From an uncultured bacterium (GTDB lineage Bacteria > Patescibacteriota > Minisyncoccia > Phycocordibacterales > UBA6065): a DNA stretch of 64,000 nt. The position numbers and the translations under genes were made by a program. The DNA is taken from the NCBI GenBank assembly GCA_963841935.1, contig CAWJEP010000001.1, forward strand, positions 141,302 through 205,301, read 5' to 3'. Shown one piece after another: positions 10,253 through 21,713 of the stretch. Position 1 is the first letter of the stretch. Every line of letters starts with the position of its first letter. The notes beneath the pieces were generated by a model. It did no database searches. It was not told where the DNA came from and saw only the letters and a list, made by a program, of their open reading frames with translations.

Positions 10253-10714
10253 ATGAATAAGGCTTTCGAAAAAATGCGCATTTCGGGTTTTACTCTGGTA
10301 GAGCTCATGATAGTTTTGGCTATCATCGGTATTTTGACCGCGGTTGTCGCGGCTTCGACCAACGCCGCACACCAAGGCGCTCGCGACGAGCGCCGCCAGG
10401 CCGACCTCAAAGAAATTCAAATAGACCTCGCGCAATACGATAACTATTATGGCTACTATCCGGCGTCTTTAAACGCCATGTCGAGCTTCCTTGTCGGCGG
10501 ACAAGGAAGCATTCCCCTGGACCCTCTGACTAGCCAGTCATATTTTTACGCTCCCATAGGCACCAATCCCAACTATTCTTCTTATTGTGTCGGCGCGACG
10601 CTTGAGATTCAGACGCCGGACGGCAACGCTATGTCTGTTTGCACGGCTTCGCCGAACAACGTCGTTCTTCCTCAAGGTTCGACCGTGAATTATATGCAAC
10701 AGCCGCCGCAATGA
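10253..10714 (+). CDS. Prepilin-type pseudopilin
   Basis: GFTLVELMIVLAIIGIL motif; start ambiguous (ATG 10253 or 10274); stop overlaps the pilD start (ATGA). Confidence 0.65.
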   Translation: MNKAFEKMRISGFTLVELMIVLAIIGILTAVVAASTNAAHQGARDERRQADLKEIQIDLAQYDNYYGYYPASLNAMSSFLVGGQGSIPLDPLTSQSYFYAPIGTNPNYSSYCVGATLEIQTPDGNAMSVCTASPNNVVLPQGSTVNYMQQPPQ

Positions 10715-11493
10715 TTTTCGCGATAATCCTTTTTGTTCTCGGTGCCATTGTCGGAAGTTTTCTCAACGTCGTCATTGTCCGACTCGGCACTGGGTGCTCT
10801 ATTGTCCGCGGCCGTTCGAAATGTTTTTCCTGCGGACACAAACTCGTTTGGTACGATGTTGTGCCTTTTTTCTCGTATATTTTTCTTGGAAGAAAGTGTC
10901 GCTATTGCGGTAGCAAGATTTCCGCGAGATATTTCGTCGTTGAACTAGTGACGGCGGTTCTATTCTCCGCGACGGCTTTTTCCGGCATGCCTTCGACATT
11001 TCTTGGCCTGATTTTTCTTTTGCTTTCTCTTTCCATAATTTCTATCTTTGTCGCCATCGCTTTTTATGATTTTCGCCACAAAATCATTCCAGATGTTTTG
11101 TCTTACGCCGCCGCGCTTTGCGCTTTGTTTTTTTCCGTACTGACGATAATTTCCGCAGGCGCCACCTGGTGGCGCCTGCTTTCAGGCCTTATCGTTGCTT
11201 CTCCGTTTTTTTTCTTCTGGCTTGTATCAAAAGGCAAGTGGATGGGACTCGGAGACGCCAAGCTGTCTCTTTCAATCGGTTGGTGGTTGGGAATTTCTCT
11301 TTCCCTCGGCGCGCTCATATCGGCGGTTTTTTCCGGCGCTATTTTCGGCGTGGGAATTCTTTTTGCAGAAAAAATACGCGCGGGCAATGTTAAGTGGGGA
11401 AAACATGAGATACCTTTCGGGCCGTTTTTGATTTTTGGGGCTCTGATTTCGTATTTTTTCGGCGTCTCCATATTCACTTTTATCAGGTTATAA
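10711..11493 (+). CDS. pilD: Prepilin peptidase PilD (A24 family)
   Basis: Zinc-binding CxxC...CxxC (CFSCGHK...CRYCGSK), multiple TM helices, conserved Asp region. Confidence 0.85.
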   Translation: MIFAIILFVLGAIVGSFLNVVIVRLGTGCSIVRGRSKCFSCGHKLVWYDVVPFFSYIFLGRKCRYCGSKISARYFVVELVTAVLFSATAFSGMPSTFLGLIFLLLSLSIISIFVAIAFYDFRHKIIPDVLSYAAALCALFFSVLTIISAGATWWRLLSGLIVASPFFFFWLVSKGKWMGLGDAKLSLSIGWWLGISLSLGALISAVFSGAIFGVGILFAEKIRAGNVKWGKHEIPFGPFLIFGALISYFFGVSIFTFIRL

Positions 11494-11500
11494 TGAAAGG

Positions 11501-12091
11501 ATGAAATCGGGTTTCACGCTCATAGAGCTTCTCGTCACCATAAGCATATTCATCATCATCACGTCCGTGGCGGTGTTAAACAACAACCAATTCAACTCGA
11601 GCATCTTGCTCACCAACCTCGGATACGAGATAGCTCTTTCGGTTCGCCAAGCCCAAGTCTACGGCATCACGGTCAAGGCACCGACCGCTTGTCAGCCGGG
11701 AGACATATCGTGCGATTTTAGTTCCGGCTACGGCGTCCATTTCGACATAACAAACCCCGCGCAATATATTTTGTTCGAAGACAAAGGTCCGAATCCCAGC
11801 CACATATACGCTGCCGGCGAACTTCTCGAAAATTATTCGTTGGGTCGAGGTTACACTCTGAAAAAACTCTGTGTCTTGTCAAACAATACCTATCATTCAG
11901 TCAACACGCTCGACGTGTCTTTTATTCGTCCGGAACCGGAGGCTTGGGTTTCTAGCAATACGGATTCTCCGGGACTTACGGAAGCCGACATATATATTCA
12001 AGACCCGCAGCGTATAAGCGACAGGGTAATTATTATCGAGCCGACGGGACAGATTTCCGTGGAGGATACCGACGCCAATCTTTGTCATTAA
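11501..12091 (+). CDS. Minor pilin/pseudopilin (prepilin N-terminus)
   Basis: MKSGFTLIELLVTISIF motif. Confidence 0.65.
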   Translation: MKSGFTLIELLVTISIFIIITSVAVLNNNQFNSSILLTNLGYEIALSVRQAQVYGITVKAPTACQPGDISCDFSSGYGVHFDITNPAQYILFEDKGPNPSHIYAAGELLENYSLGRGYTLKKLCVLSNNTYHSVNTLDVSFIRPEPEAWVSSNTDSPGLTEADIYIQDPQRISDRVIIIEPTGQISVEDTDANLCH

Positions 12092-12095
12092 ATTT

Positions 12096-12689
12096 ATGAA
12101 ATTCTTTTATCAACCATATTTACGCGGTAAAAAGAAAGGTTTCACTCTCATCGAAATGCTCGTGTCTGTGGCCATATTCACTCTCGTGATGCTTATTACC
12201 ACGAGCTCGATTTTCGTTATTATTGCTTCGGACAAAAAAGCCGAATCGCTCAAATCGGTCATGGACAACTTGAGTTTCGCTCTTGAGAGCATGACGAGAA
12301 ATATTCGTACGGGTTCCGAATACACTTGCCTCACGGTTTTCGGGGGCGCCACCTCCGTCGTCTTAGGCAACAACTGTTCGGGCGGCGACCAGGGTTTTCA
12401 GTTTGTTTCGAACCAACAAGCGTACAACGGCAATCCCATCGTGGTTCAATATTATCTTTGGCAGAATCGGATTTGGGAGGACGAGACGAATTCAGACTGG
12501 ACCGCTCCGGTCGCCATTACCGCGCCGGAAATCAACGTCTCGTCGCTTCAGTTTTATCTCGTCGGCGCCGGCAAGGACACGTTTCAGCCCAGAGTCCTCA
12601 TGTCCGTCATAGGCACCGCCGGCACTTCGAATACCGAGACAAATTTCGATATTCAGACGACATTGTCGCAAAGACAGATTGATTCTTAA
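12096..12689 (+). CDS. Minor pilin/pseudopilin
   Basis: KKGFTLIEMLVSVAIFTLV motif. Confidence 0.65.
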   Translation: MKFFYQPYLRGKKKGFTLIEMLVSVAIFTLVMLITTSSIFVIIASDKKAESLKSVMDNLSFALESMTRNIRTGSEYTCLTVFGGATSVVLGNNCSGGDQGFQFVSNQQAYNGNPIVVQYYLWQNRIWEDETNSDWTAPVAITAPEINVSSLQFYLVGAGKDTFQPRVLMSVIGTAGTSNTETNFDIQTTLSQRQIDS

Positions 12690-13302
12690 TATGAATAAAA
12701 AATTTAACATTAAAAACAAAGGTTTTACTCTGGTCGAAACGCTCGTGGCCATCGCCATTCTTTCTTTGGCCATCACCGGCCCCATGGTCATCGCTCAAAA
12801 AGGCGTTTCTTCGTCGATATACGCTCGCGACGAAGTTACGGCGTTTTATCTCGCCCAAGAAGCCGTGGAATATGTTCGAAATGTGCGCGATACCAATCGC
12901 ATCGCCGGCTATGGCAGCGACTGGCTTTCGCAATTTACCGCCGCGAACTGCGTCGATACCGGTAGTCAGCGCTGTCAGATAAACGCCATCGAAAATTTTG
13001 ACGTTCCTTCCAAGGAACCGGAAGCCATTTCGGAATGCAGTACTTTGCCGAAATCCGGTGGCGTGGATGTTTGCTCGCCCATAGAATTTGATTCGAGTCC
13101 GTCGAGAAATTTGTACGGGTATCCAGAGCCCGATACTTCGGCAGACGCCTGGGCGCCGACAGTATTTACGCGCACCGTGGACATAAAAAAAGAACCGAAC
13201 AATCCAAACGAAGCGGTAATTACCGTGACGATTTCTTGGCAGACGAATATTTTCATTCCTCCGGAATCTTTTACTATTTCCGAACATATTTTTGCTTTCT
13301 AA
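12679..13302 (+). CDS. Minor pilin/pseudopilin (PilV-like)
   Basis: NKGFTLVETLVAIAILSLAITGPM motif. Confidence 0.65.
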   Translation: MILNMNKKFNIKNKGFTLVETLVAIAILSLAITGPMVIAQKGVSSSIYARDEVTAFYLAQEAVEYVRNVRDTNRIAGYGSDWLSQFTAANCVDTGSQRCQINAIENFDVPSKEPEAISECSTLPKSGGVDVCSPIEFDSSPSRNLYGYPEPDTSADAWAPTVFTRTVDIKKEPNNPNEAVITVTISWQTNIFIPPESFTISEHIFAF

Positions 13303-13837
13303 CATGAAAAACTTTTTTAAAAAAATGAAAAAACCTAGAGGATTTGCCCTGCTTTTCGCCGTCTTGGCGGCGAGTCTCCTCCTCTCCATTGGTCTTTCGA
13401 TATTTCTTCTTACGGTCAAAGAGCTTGCTCTTTCCTCATACACCCGCGATTCGCAATTTTCTTTCTACGCCGCCGATTCCGGCGCGGAATGCGCGCTTTA
13501 TTGGGATTTGAAAGGCAATAACGGCACCACGTTTGCCACATCATCGAACTACTACGGAGTGTCCCCTTATCAGATAAACTGCGGCAACGTGACCATCAAT
13601 CCTTTGCTCGAACCGACGGATAGTTCTGACGCCACCACGACATTCGCAATGCCTCTAAACGACGTTACTGGCCAAAGTTATTGCGCCCTTGTTACCGTTG
13701 CCAAATCCGACCCAAATCACACCGGTATTTCTTCAACAAACATAAGTTCGCGCGGATACAACGATTGCAATTCTTCCGCCGTTCCCGTATACGGCAATCA
13801 AAATCTCGTCGAACGCGCGCTTTACGTTTCTTATTAA
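13292..13837 (+). CDS. PilX-like minor pilin/membrane-anchored protein
   Basis: N-terminal hydrophobic segment GFALLFAVLAASLLLSIGL; last gene of the pilin cluster. Confidence 0.4.
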   Translation: MLSNMKNFFKKMKKPRGFALLFAVLAASLLLSIGLSIFLLTVKELALSSYTRDSQFSFYAADSGAECALYWDLKGNNGTTFATSSNYYGVSPYQINCGNVTINPLLEPTDSSDATTTFAMPLNDVTGQSYCALVTVAKSDPNHTGISSTNISSRGYNDCNSSAVPVYGNQNLVERALYVSY

Positions 13838-15945
<2,108 letters not shown>

Positions 15946-16045
15946 CGAAGGAATCGCCGCAGCTTTGAGCGACTATTTTTTGGTCTTTCAAAGCTGTAGC
16001 GAAGAGTACAGCATAACTAAAACTGTCAAGACGATTAGTAAAATT

Positions 16046-16783
16046 ATGAGCACAACCACTGCTCCTGTTGTCACCGACGGTGAACTCGCGACGCTTGCTT
16101 CACGGCAAGTTGAGCTTTTCACGCGTTTTAAGAAAGGGGTTTACGCAAATCCCTCCGAAGTGCTGGACGGTATCCAGCTTCTCATCGAAGGCAAACAGCC
16201 CGAGGTCATCCCGACGGTCGTTTCTTCGGACACGAGTTCGGTCATCTCCGACTGGCAGGACTTCTACAAGAAGTTCTTCGGTCTCAATATCGATTTGTCG
16301 GGAGTCAAAATCCCCGAACACGCCCTCGGTTTCGATCGGTTGATTGTGGTCCCGCAAGGTATCACGCTCAATCAAGTTTGGAAGGTGTGTGCAAGGCAGT
16401 TCAACTGCTGGAAATACACCGACTCTGACCTCGATAGTGCTGTTCCCACGAACAACCGAGACCCAAAGAGTGGCGCCTACGCCATCTGGGTCCGCGATGT
16501 TGTCGAAGCTGACAAGGAGATGAAGAATCTCTCGGCGGACGACCTCAAGGAAAGGACAATCAAGGGGGTCACTCTCCTCGAACGTCTACTTCTTGAGCTC
16601 AAGTATTTCTCGGAGACGGGAAAACACTTGGACATTAGCAACTGGACCCTCTGTTCGGGTTCCCGCCATTCGGGCGGCTGCGTGCCCTGTGTGCGCTGGC
16701 TCGACGGCTGGCTCAAGGTCGACTGGTACTATGTCGGCGGTCGGTACGACGACCTTCGTTCGCGTGTAGCAGTTACGCTTTAA
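16046..16783 (+). CDS. DGR target protein 1 (variable region VR1 at C-terminus; CLec/FGE-like tail)
   Basis: Paralog of the 17468 and 50810 genes (shared N-terminal helix pattern). C-terminal 100 nt pairs with the Asn-rich repeat at 17026-17127 with adenine-biased mismatches. Start could be the TTG at 15965. Confidence 0.55.
   Translation: MSTTTAPVVTDGELATLASRQVELFTRFKKGVYANPSEVLDGIQLLIEGKQPEVIPTVVSSDTSSVISDWQDFYKKFFGLNIDLSGVKIPEHALGFDRLIVVPQGITLNQVWKVCARQFNCWKYTDSDLDSAVPTNNRDPKSGAYAIWVRDVVEADKEMKNLSADDLKERTIKGVTLLERLLLELKYFSETGKHLDISNWTLCSGSRHSGGCVPCVRWLDGWLKVDWYYVGGRYDDLRSRVAVTL
16668..16769 (+). other. Candidate variable region VR1
   Basis: Aligned to 17026-17127: 25 mismatches, 21 where the partner has A. 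Confidence 0.55.
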
Positions 16784-16808
16784 GCTTTCTGCTTTTACAC
16801 TTGGTTTC

Positions 16809-16850
16809 GCGGCCTGCAAGTAAAAACTTGCAGGCCGCTTTTGTTTTTCA
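16809..16850 (+). terminator. Rho-independent terminator after target 1
   Basis: GCGGCCTGCAAG-loop-CTTGCAGGCCGC followed by TTTTGTTTTT. Confidence 0.75.
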
Positions 16851-17025
16851 TAAAATTATTCCGGCTATTAAATTGATCCGCCGATGAGGCGGATAACGAT
16901 TTGCCATAAAAAAGAAACTGCCTGCTTCATCTACACAACGCCTCGTTCGGGGTACAAACGCAGAAAATTTTGACGAAAGATTTTCGGTGACACGGAAGGA
17001 TGAAAGCAGTACACGAGGTTCGCGC

Positions 17026-17341
<316 letters not shown>

Positions 17342-17467
17342 GTGAATTGCTACAGCAGAAAGTGCCGAAAAATTTAGACATTTTCTGCTGTGGCAAAGCT
17401 AAATTTGCGAGCCCAACAGCGGACACTGTTCTTATGAACAAGTCCGTCAGATGAAAGGATAACAACC

Positions 17468-18136
17468 ATGAGCGAATTAATGCTCGATGTTGGTCAGGCG
17501 CAGGAACTCAAACTGGCATTCCGTCGCGAAGGCGATTGGACGAACGAGGATATCAAAGCGCTCACCGAGCGCAAAGGTCTCCTCCGGCAGATTCTCGGGA
17601 TTGTCCGCGGCTTTGCGGAAATCACCGTGAAGAAAATCGGACTCTGGCGACGGTTTCTCGTTGGAGGCATCTCCCGCGACGAACTCATCACCAAGCTCGA
17701 CGAGGTTGGTGTTGCGAACACGGGACTGACATTCCGTGTGAGCGATTACGCCAAGGATCTCATGGCGCAGAAGGCATTCGTCATTTCGAAAGAGAAGATG
17801 GAAGCCGACTTCGTCATCGCGACTCCAAAGGATCTCGGTTTCACTGAGAATCCGACGACGGAGGAGCTCTTCAACGAGAAGAACCTCGCGTTCTACGGTC
17901 TCGAACTCTGTCGTGCCGATGATGGTCCGTCGATTCGGCTGTCCTACACGGATCAGCCGAACAGTGAATGGCTTCCGATAGCCATGAAGCCGATTTGCGG
18001 TTCTGACGGCGTACTGGGGCGTGTTCAACCTCGAGCGGGACGGTTCGGGGCTCTGGCTCTACGGCGACTGCTATGCCTATCCGCAGGGTCGGTGGGATGT
18101 CGGCGGTCGGCTTGTCTTCCGCGCTCGCAAGTTCTA
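17468..18136 (+). CDS. DGR target protein 2 (VR2 at C-terminus; 1-nt length difference puts VR out of frame)
   Basis: Good RBS AAAGGA. Body is in one frame to ...ICGSDG; the VR-encoded tail WGVFNLERDGSGLWLYGDCYAYPQGRWDVGGRLVFRARKF* is in the +1 frame, ending in a CLec/FGE-like GxRLVFRAR. Confidence 0.6.
17993..18130 (+). other. Variable region VR2
   Basis: 138 nt vs TR2 137 nt; about 14 substitutions, every one at a TR adenine (A to G or T); last 38 nt identical apart from one A/G. Confidence 0.8.
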
Positions 18137-18188
18137 AGAACTTGGAAATCAGTGCTTTAGCACTTGAAATCTTGGAACTTAGTTCTTC

Positions 18189-18228
18189 GGTCCCTGTTTC
18201 GCTTCGGCGAGGCAGGGACCTTTTGTTA
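18189..18228 (+). terminator. Rho-independent terminator after target 2
   Basis: GGTCCCTG-loop-CAGGGACC followed by TTTTGTT. Confidence 0.7.
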
Positions 18229-18458
18229 TAATAAAAATGGTAGTAGGCGAATCTGAAAAGGATCAAGGTCTTTTTCTGCCGAATCTAGTATCCATGAAGT
18301 CAGAGTGTCTTGGACCAAGGTTTAAGACAGGGCGCTTCATGCAGACACTTCAAAAAATTGAAGATACTTGGTGCAATTTGTTAGGGCATTACGATGCCGA
18401 ATAATATTCAATCCAGAGAAAATTCAATGGATGGTGGTTTAGATGACTTATTGCACAA

Positions 18459-18595
18459 ATTTGCGATTCTGACGGCAACTGGAACGTGTTCAACCTCAAG
18501 CGGGACGATTCGGAGCTCTGGCTCAACGGCAACTACAATGCCAATCCGCAGGATCGGTGGGATGTCGGCGATCGGCTTGTCTTCCGCGCTCGCAA
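18459..18595 (+). other. Template repeat TR2
   Basis: Non-coding, AAC/AAT-rich, immediately upstream of the avd/RT genes; cognate of VR2. Confidence 0.8.
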
Positions 18596-18601
18596 CCCTC
18601 T

Positions 18602-19015
18602 TCATTTCTCTCCGGATTTTTCCGGAGAGTTTTGTTTTACAATTTGTCCAAGCCATCCGCCAAGCATTTTTCCGGCTCCATCTAAAATTTCTGAAAGAGT
18701 CTCGTATTTTTTGTCGCTTATTGATTTTGTTTCCCATAGAACCATGAGAAGTATTTTTATAGTATCTATTTTTCTCGTCGCAAGTTTAATCCACGGTATT
18801 TTTTCTTCTTTCGATAAAAATGTTGCCGTTACCGTTGCTTCTATTGTTTCGATAAACAATTTATCCAGCCGATTTCCAAGCGAATATTTCTGCGTTTTTA
18901 CTAATTTCTCGTGATACTCGTGCCAGAGTTTATATGCTGATTTAATTTTCTCTACCACTGGCAAAATCGCTCGGGGGGGGGGTAGCATTTGAAGAATGGT
19001 TCGGAGCATTTTCAC
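18602..19015 (-). CDS. avd: Avd-like accessory variability determinant (four-helix bundle, 23S rRNA IVS protein family)
   Basis: KYSLGNRLDKLFIETIEAT... and C-terminal SISDKKYETLSEILDGAGKMLGGWL match the IVS/Avd helix pattern. Probable start is the third Met (about 18988). Confidence 0.6.
   Translation of the reverse strand: MKMLRTILQMLPPPRAILPVVEKIKSAYKLWHEYHEKLVKTQKYSLGNRLDKLFIETIEATVTATFLSKEEKIPWIKLATRKIDTIKILLMVLWETKSISDKKYETLSEILDGAGKMLGGWLGQIVKQNSPEKSGEK
18973..18982. repeat. G10 homopolymer (C10 on the avd coding strand)
   Basis: Ten consecutive G; encodes PPP at avd codons 3-6 and lies 14-23 nt upstream of the RT start codon. Confidence 0.9.
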
Positions 19016-19979
19016 TCATACATACGATGATATCATCTCCGTCGAAAATCTTTTAGCTGCGTGGCGTGAATTTATTCGTGGCAAGAAAAATAAAAAAGAC
19101 GTCGAAGAATTTCAGTTTCGTCTTATGGACAATATTCTCGATTTGCATCTAGATTTAAAAAACAAAACATATACTCACGGCATATATCACGCTTTCAATA
19201 TAAATGATCCTAAACCGAGAAATATTCACAAAGCCACAGTACGAGACAGATTGCTCCATCACGCTATACACAGAGTTTCATATCCATTTTTCGACAAAAC
19301 GTTTATCGCTGATTCATATTCGTGCAGATTAAATAAAGGAACTCATAAAGCAATCAAAAGATTTATTTCTTTCAGTCGAAAGGTTTCAAAAAATAACACA
19401 AAAACGTGTTGGATTTTGAAATGCGATATACGGAAATTCTTTGCGAGTATAGACCATAGGATTCTCATTTCGATTTCGAAGAAATATATTCATAACGGAA
19501 ATATTGTCTGGATTATGGAAAACATAATCGGAAGTTTTGAAACAAAAAATGGTGTCGGACTTCCACTCGGTAATCTGACATCACAACTTTTTGTGAATGT
19601 TTATATGAATGAATTCGACCAATTTATGAAACACAGAATCAAAGCGAAATATTACATTCGATATGCCGATGATTTTGTGACATTGTCGCATGACAAAAAA
19701 TATCTTGAAAATCTGATACCAAAAATTTCTAAATTTCTTTCGGAAAAATTAAGATTATCTCTTCATCCTAATAAAGTCTTCATCAAAACTTTAGCCTCGG
19801 GCGTTGACTTCCTTGGTTGGATACATTTTCCAAATCACCGAGTATTACGGACGGCAACGAAAAAGAGAATGTTCAAAAGAATTTCAGAAAATTCGAAAGA
19901 AGAGACGGTTACTTCATATATTGGAATGCTCAAGTACGGAAATGCTTACATTTTAAAAGAACACATAAAAATGCTATAG
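18996..19979 (+). CDS. DGR reverse transcriptase
   Basis: RT motifs DIRKFFASIDH (motif A), GLPLGNLTSQLFVNVYMNEFD (domain 4 with the DGR-specific [IVL]GxxxSQ), YIRYADDFV (YxDD); 327 aa. Confidence 0.85.
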   Translation: MVRSIFTHTYDDIISVENLLAAWREFIRGKKNKKDVEEFQFRLMDNILDLHLDLKNKTYTHGIYHAFNINDPKPRNIHKATVRDRLLHHAIHRVSYPFFDKTFIADSYSCRLNKGTHKAIKRFISFSRKVSKNNTKTCWILKCDIRKFFASIDHRILISISKKYIHNGNIVWIMENIIGSFETKNGVGLPLGNLTSQLFVNVYMNEFDQFMKHRIKAKYYIRYADDFVTLSHDKKYLENLIPKISKFLSEKLRLSLHPNKVFIKTLASGVDFLGWIHFPNHRVLRTATKKRMFKRISENSKEETVTSYIGMLKYGNAYILKEHIKML

Positions 19980-19986
19980 TCTTTTT

Positions 19987-20280
19987 ATGATAACCAAGGC
20001 AGATATAGAGAAATTGGCGAAATTGTCGAGACTAAAGCTTACCGAAGCCGAAAAGGAAAAATACGCCAAAGATATGGATAATATTCTCTCTTACATCGCG
20101 CAGATTGATTCCGTCGCGCCCGCCTCCGCCAAGGCTACGGCGGGTTCGGCAAAAGATTTGCCGAAAAATGTTATGCGCTCGGACGACACTCCGCACGAGT
20201 CGGGAATTTTTACCGACGCGCTTTTGAAACTTTCCCCGAGAAGCGAAAGCGGGCGAGTAAAAGTCAAAAAAATCCTTTAA
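19987..20280 (+). CDS. gatC: Asp/Glu-tRNA amidotransferase subunit C
   Basis: IEKLAKLSRLKLTEAEKEKYAKDMDNILSYIAQID; 97 aa; immediately precedes gatA. Confidence 0.8.
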   Translation: MITKADIEKLAKLSRLKLTEAEKEKYAKDMDNILSYIAQIDSVAPASAKATAGSAKDLPKNVMRSDDTPHESGIFTDALLKLSPRSESGRVKVKKIL

Positions 20281-20281
20281 T

Positions 20282-21694
20282 ATGGCAATCGACCTAAAAA
20301 ATTTGACGATTCGAAAGGCGAACCAAGCTCTTGTGCGCGGAGATTTTACGGCGCGCGAACTTTCGCAAGCGTATCTCGACGAGATAAAAAAGAAAAATCC
20401 GGAAATAAACGCTTACCTTGAAATCTACGACGATGTACTCAAACAAGCCGACGAAGCGCAGAAATTCGTAGGAAAAAATTTTCTCGCCGGCATCCCGCTC
20501 GCCATAAAAGACAATATTTTGATAAAGGGAAAACACGCGCAATCGGCGTCGAAGATTCTCGACGGCTATGTCGCGCCGTATGACGCTACCGCTATAGAAA
20601 AATTGAAAAAAGAACATGTGGTGTTCATCGGCCGAGCCAATATGGACGAATTCGCCATGGGCGGTTCGACCGAAAATAGCGCTTTTGGTGTTACGAAAAA
20701 TCCTCACGATGTCTCGCGCGTCGCCGGCGGCTCGTCAGGCGGAAGCGCGGCAGCGGTCGCGATGGACGGAGCTCTCGGCGCTCTCGGTTCCGACACCGGC
20801 GGCTCGGTGAGGCAACCGGCGAGTTTCTGCGGAGTCGTGGGACTAAAACCCACTTATGGCTCCGTCTCGCGCCACGGACTTATGGCGATGGGATCTTCGC
20901 TCGATGTCATCGGACCTATCGGAAAGACGGTCGATGATGTTGAAATACTTTTCGACACCATAAAGGGCAAAGACAAATTCGATTCGACCTCCATCGATGT
21001 TTCGGAAAAAAATTTAAAACAGCCGAAGAAAATCGGCGTGCCAAAAGGATTGGTCAATCAAGGCGGAATAGATGCGGCCGTTATCAAATCTTTCAACGAG
21101 GCACTTGAGAAATTCAAATCGGAAGGCTTTGAAATAGTTGAAGTCGATATGCCGAACTTAAAATATGCTCTCGCGGTTTATTATGTTGTGATGCCGGCGG
21201 AAGTTTCTACAAACCTCGCTAGATTCGACGGAGTGAAATACGGACTTCATAAAGACGGGGAGAATTCCATAGACGATTATTTTGAGACGAGGGCGGCGGG
21301 CTTCGGCCCCGAAGCCCGCCGCCGTATCATGCTCGGCGCCTATGTTCTTTCCTCAGGCTATTACGATGCCTATTACGGCAAAGCCACGGCCGTGCGCGAG
21401 CTTATAAAAAAAGATTTCGCCAAAGCTTTCGAAAAAGTCGACCTTATCGCCACTCCCACCGCGCCGGGAACGGCTTTCAAAATCGGCGAAAAAACTTCCG
21501 ACCCGGTCGCCATGTATCTCGAAGATATTTTTACCGTCACTGCCAATCTCGCCGGCGTGCCGTCTATATCGCTTCCGTTCGGCGAAAAAATGGAAGGCGG
21601 CAAGAAACTGCCGATAGGTATTCAGCTCACGGCTCGGCACGCCGATGAAGGTGCGCTTTTTTCCGCGGGCAAGAAACTTTTAGGAGAGAAATAA
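20282..21694 (+). CDS. gatA: Asp/Glu-tRNA amidotransferase subunit A
   Basis: Amidase signature GGSSGGSAAAVA, Ser-cisSer-Lys triad context, 470 aa. Confidence 0.85.
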   Translation: MAIDLKNLTIRKANQALVRGDFTARELSQAYLDEIKKKNPEINAYLEIYDDVLKQADEAQKFVGKNFLAGIPLAIKDNILIKGKHAQSASKILDGYVAPYDATAIEKLKKEHVVFIGRANMDEFAMGGSTENSAFGVTKNPHDVSRVAGGSSGGSAAAVAMDGALGALGSDTGGSVRQPASFCGVVGLKPTYGSVSRHGLMAMGSSLDVIGPIGKTVDDVEILFDTIKGKDKFDSTSIDVSEKNLKQPKKIGVPKGLVNQGGIDAAVIKSFNEALEKFKSEGFEIVEVDMPNLKYALAVYYVVMPAEVSTNLARFDGVKYGLHKDGENSIDDYFETRAAGFGPEARRRIMLGAYVLSSGYYDAYYGKATAVRELIKKDFAKAFEKVDLIATPTAPGTAFKIGEKTSDPVAMYLEDIFTVTANLAGVPSISLPFGEKMEGGKKLPIGIQLTARHADEGALFSAGKKLLGEK

Positions 21695-21713
21695 TGGTGT
21701 AGAATAGACGAGT

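Noticed and set aside
12607-13443. 278-aa minus-strand ORF across the minor-pilin genes
   Set aside because: Antisense to three genes with clear prepilin N-termini; no domain signal.
18394-18914. Plus-strand ORFs 18394-18747 and 18486-18914 over TR2
   Set aside because: TR2 is by nature open in the target frame. These run antisense into avd and lack an RBS; a template repeat need not be coding.
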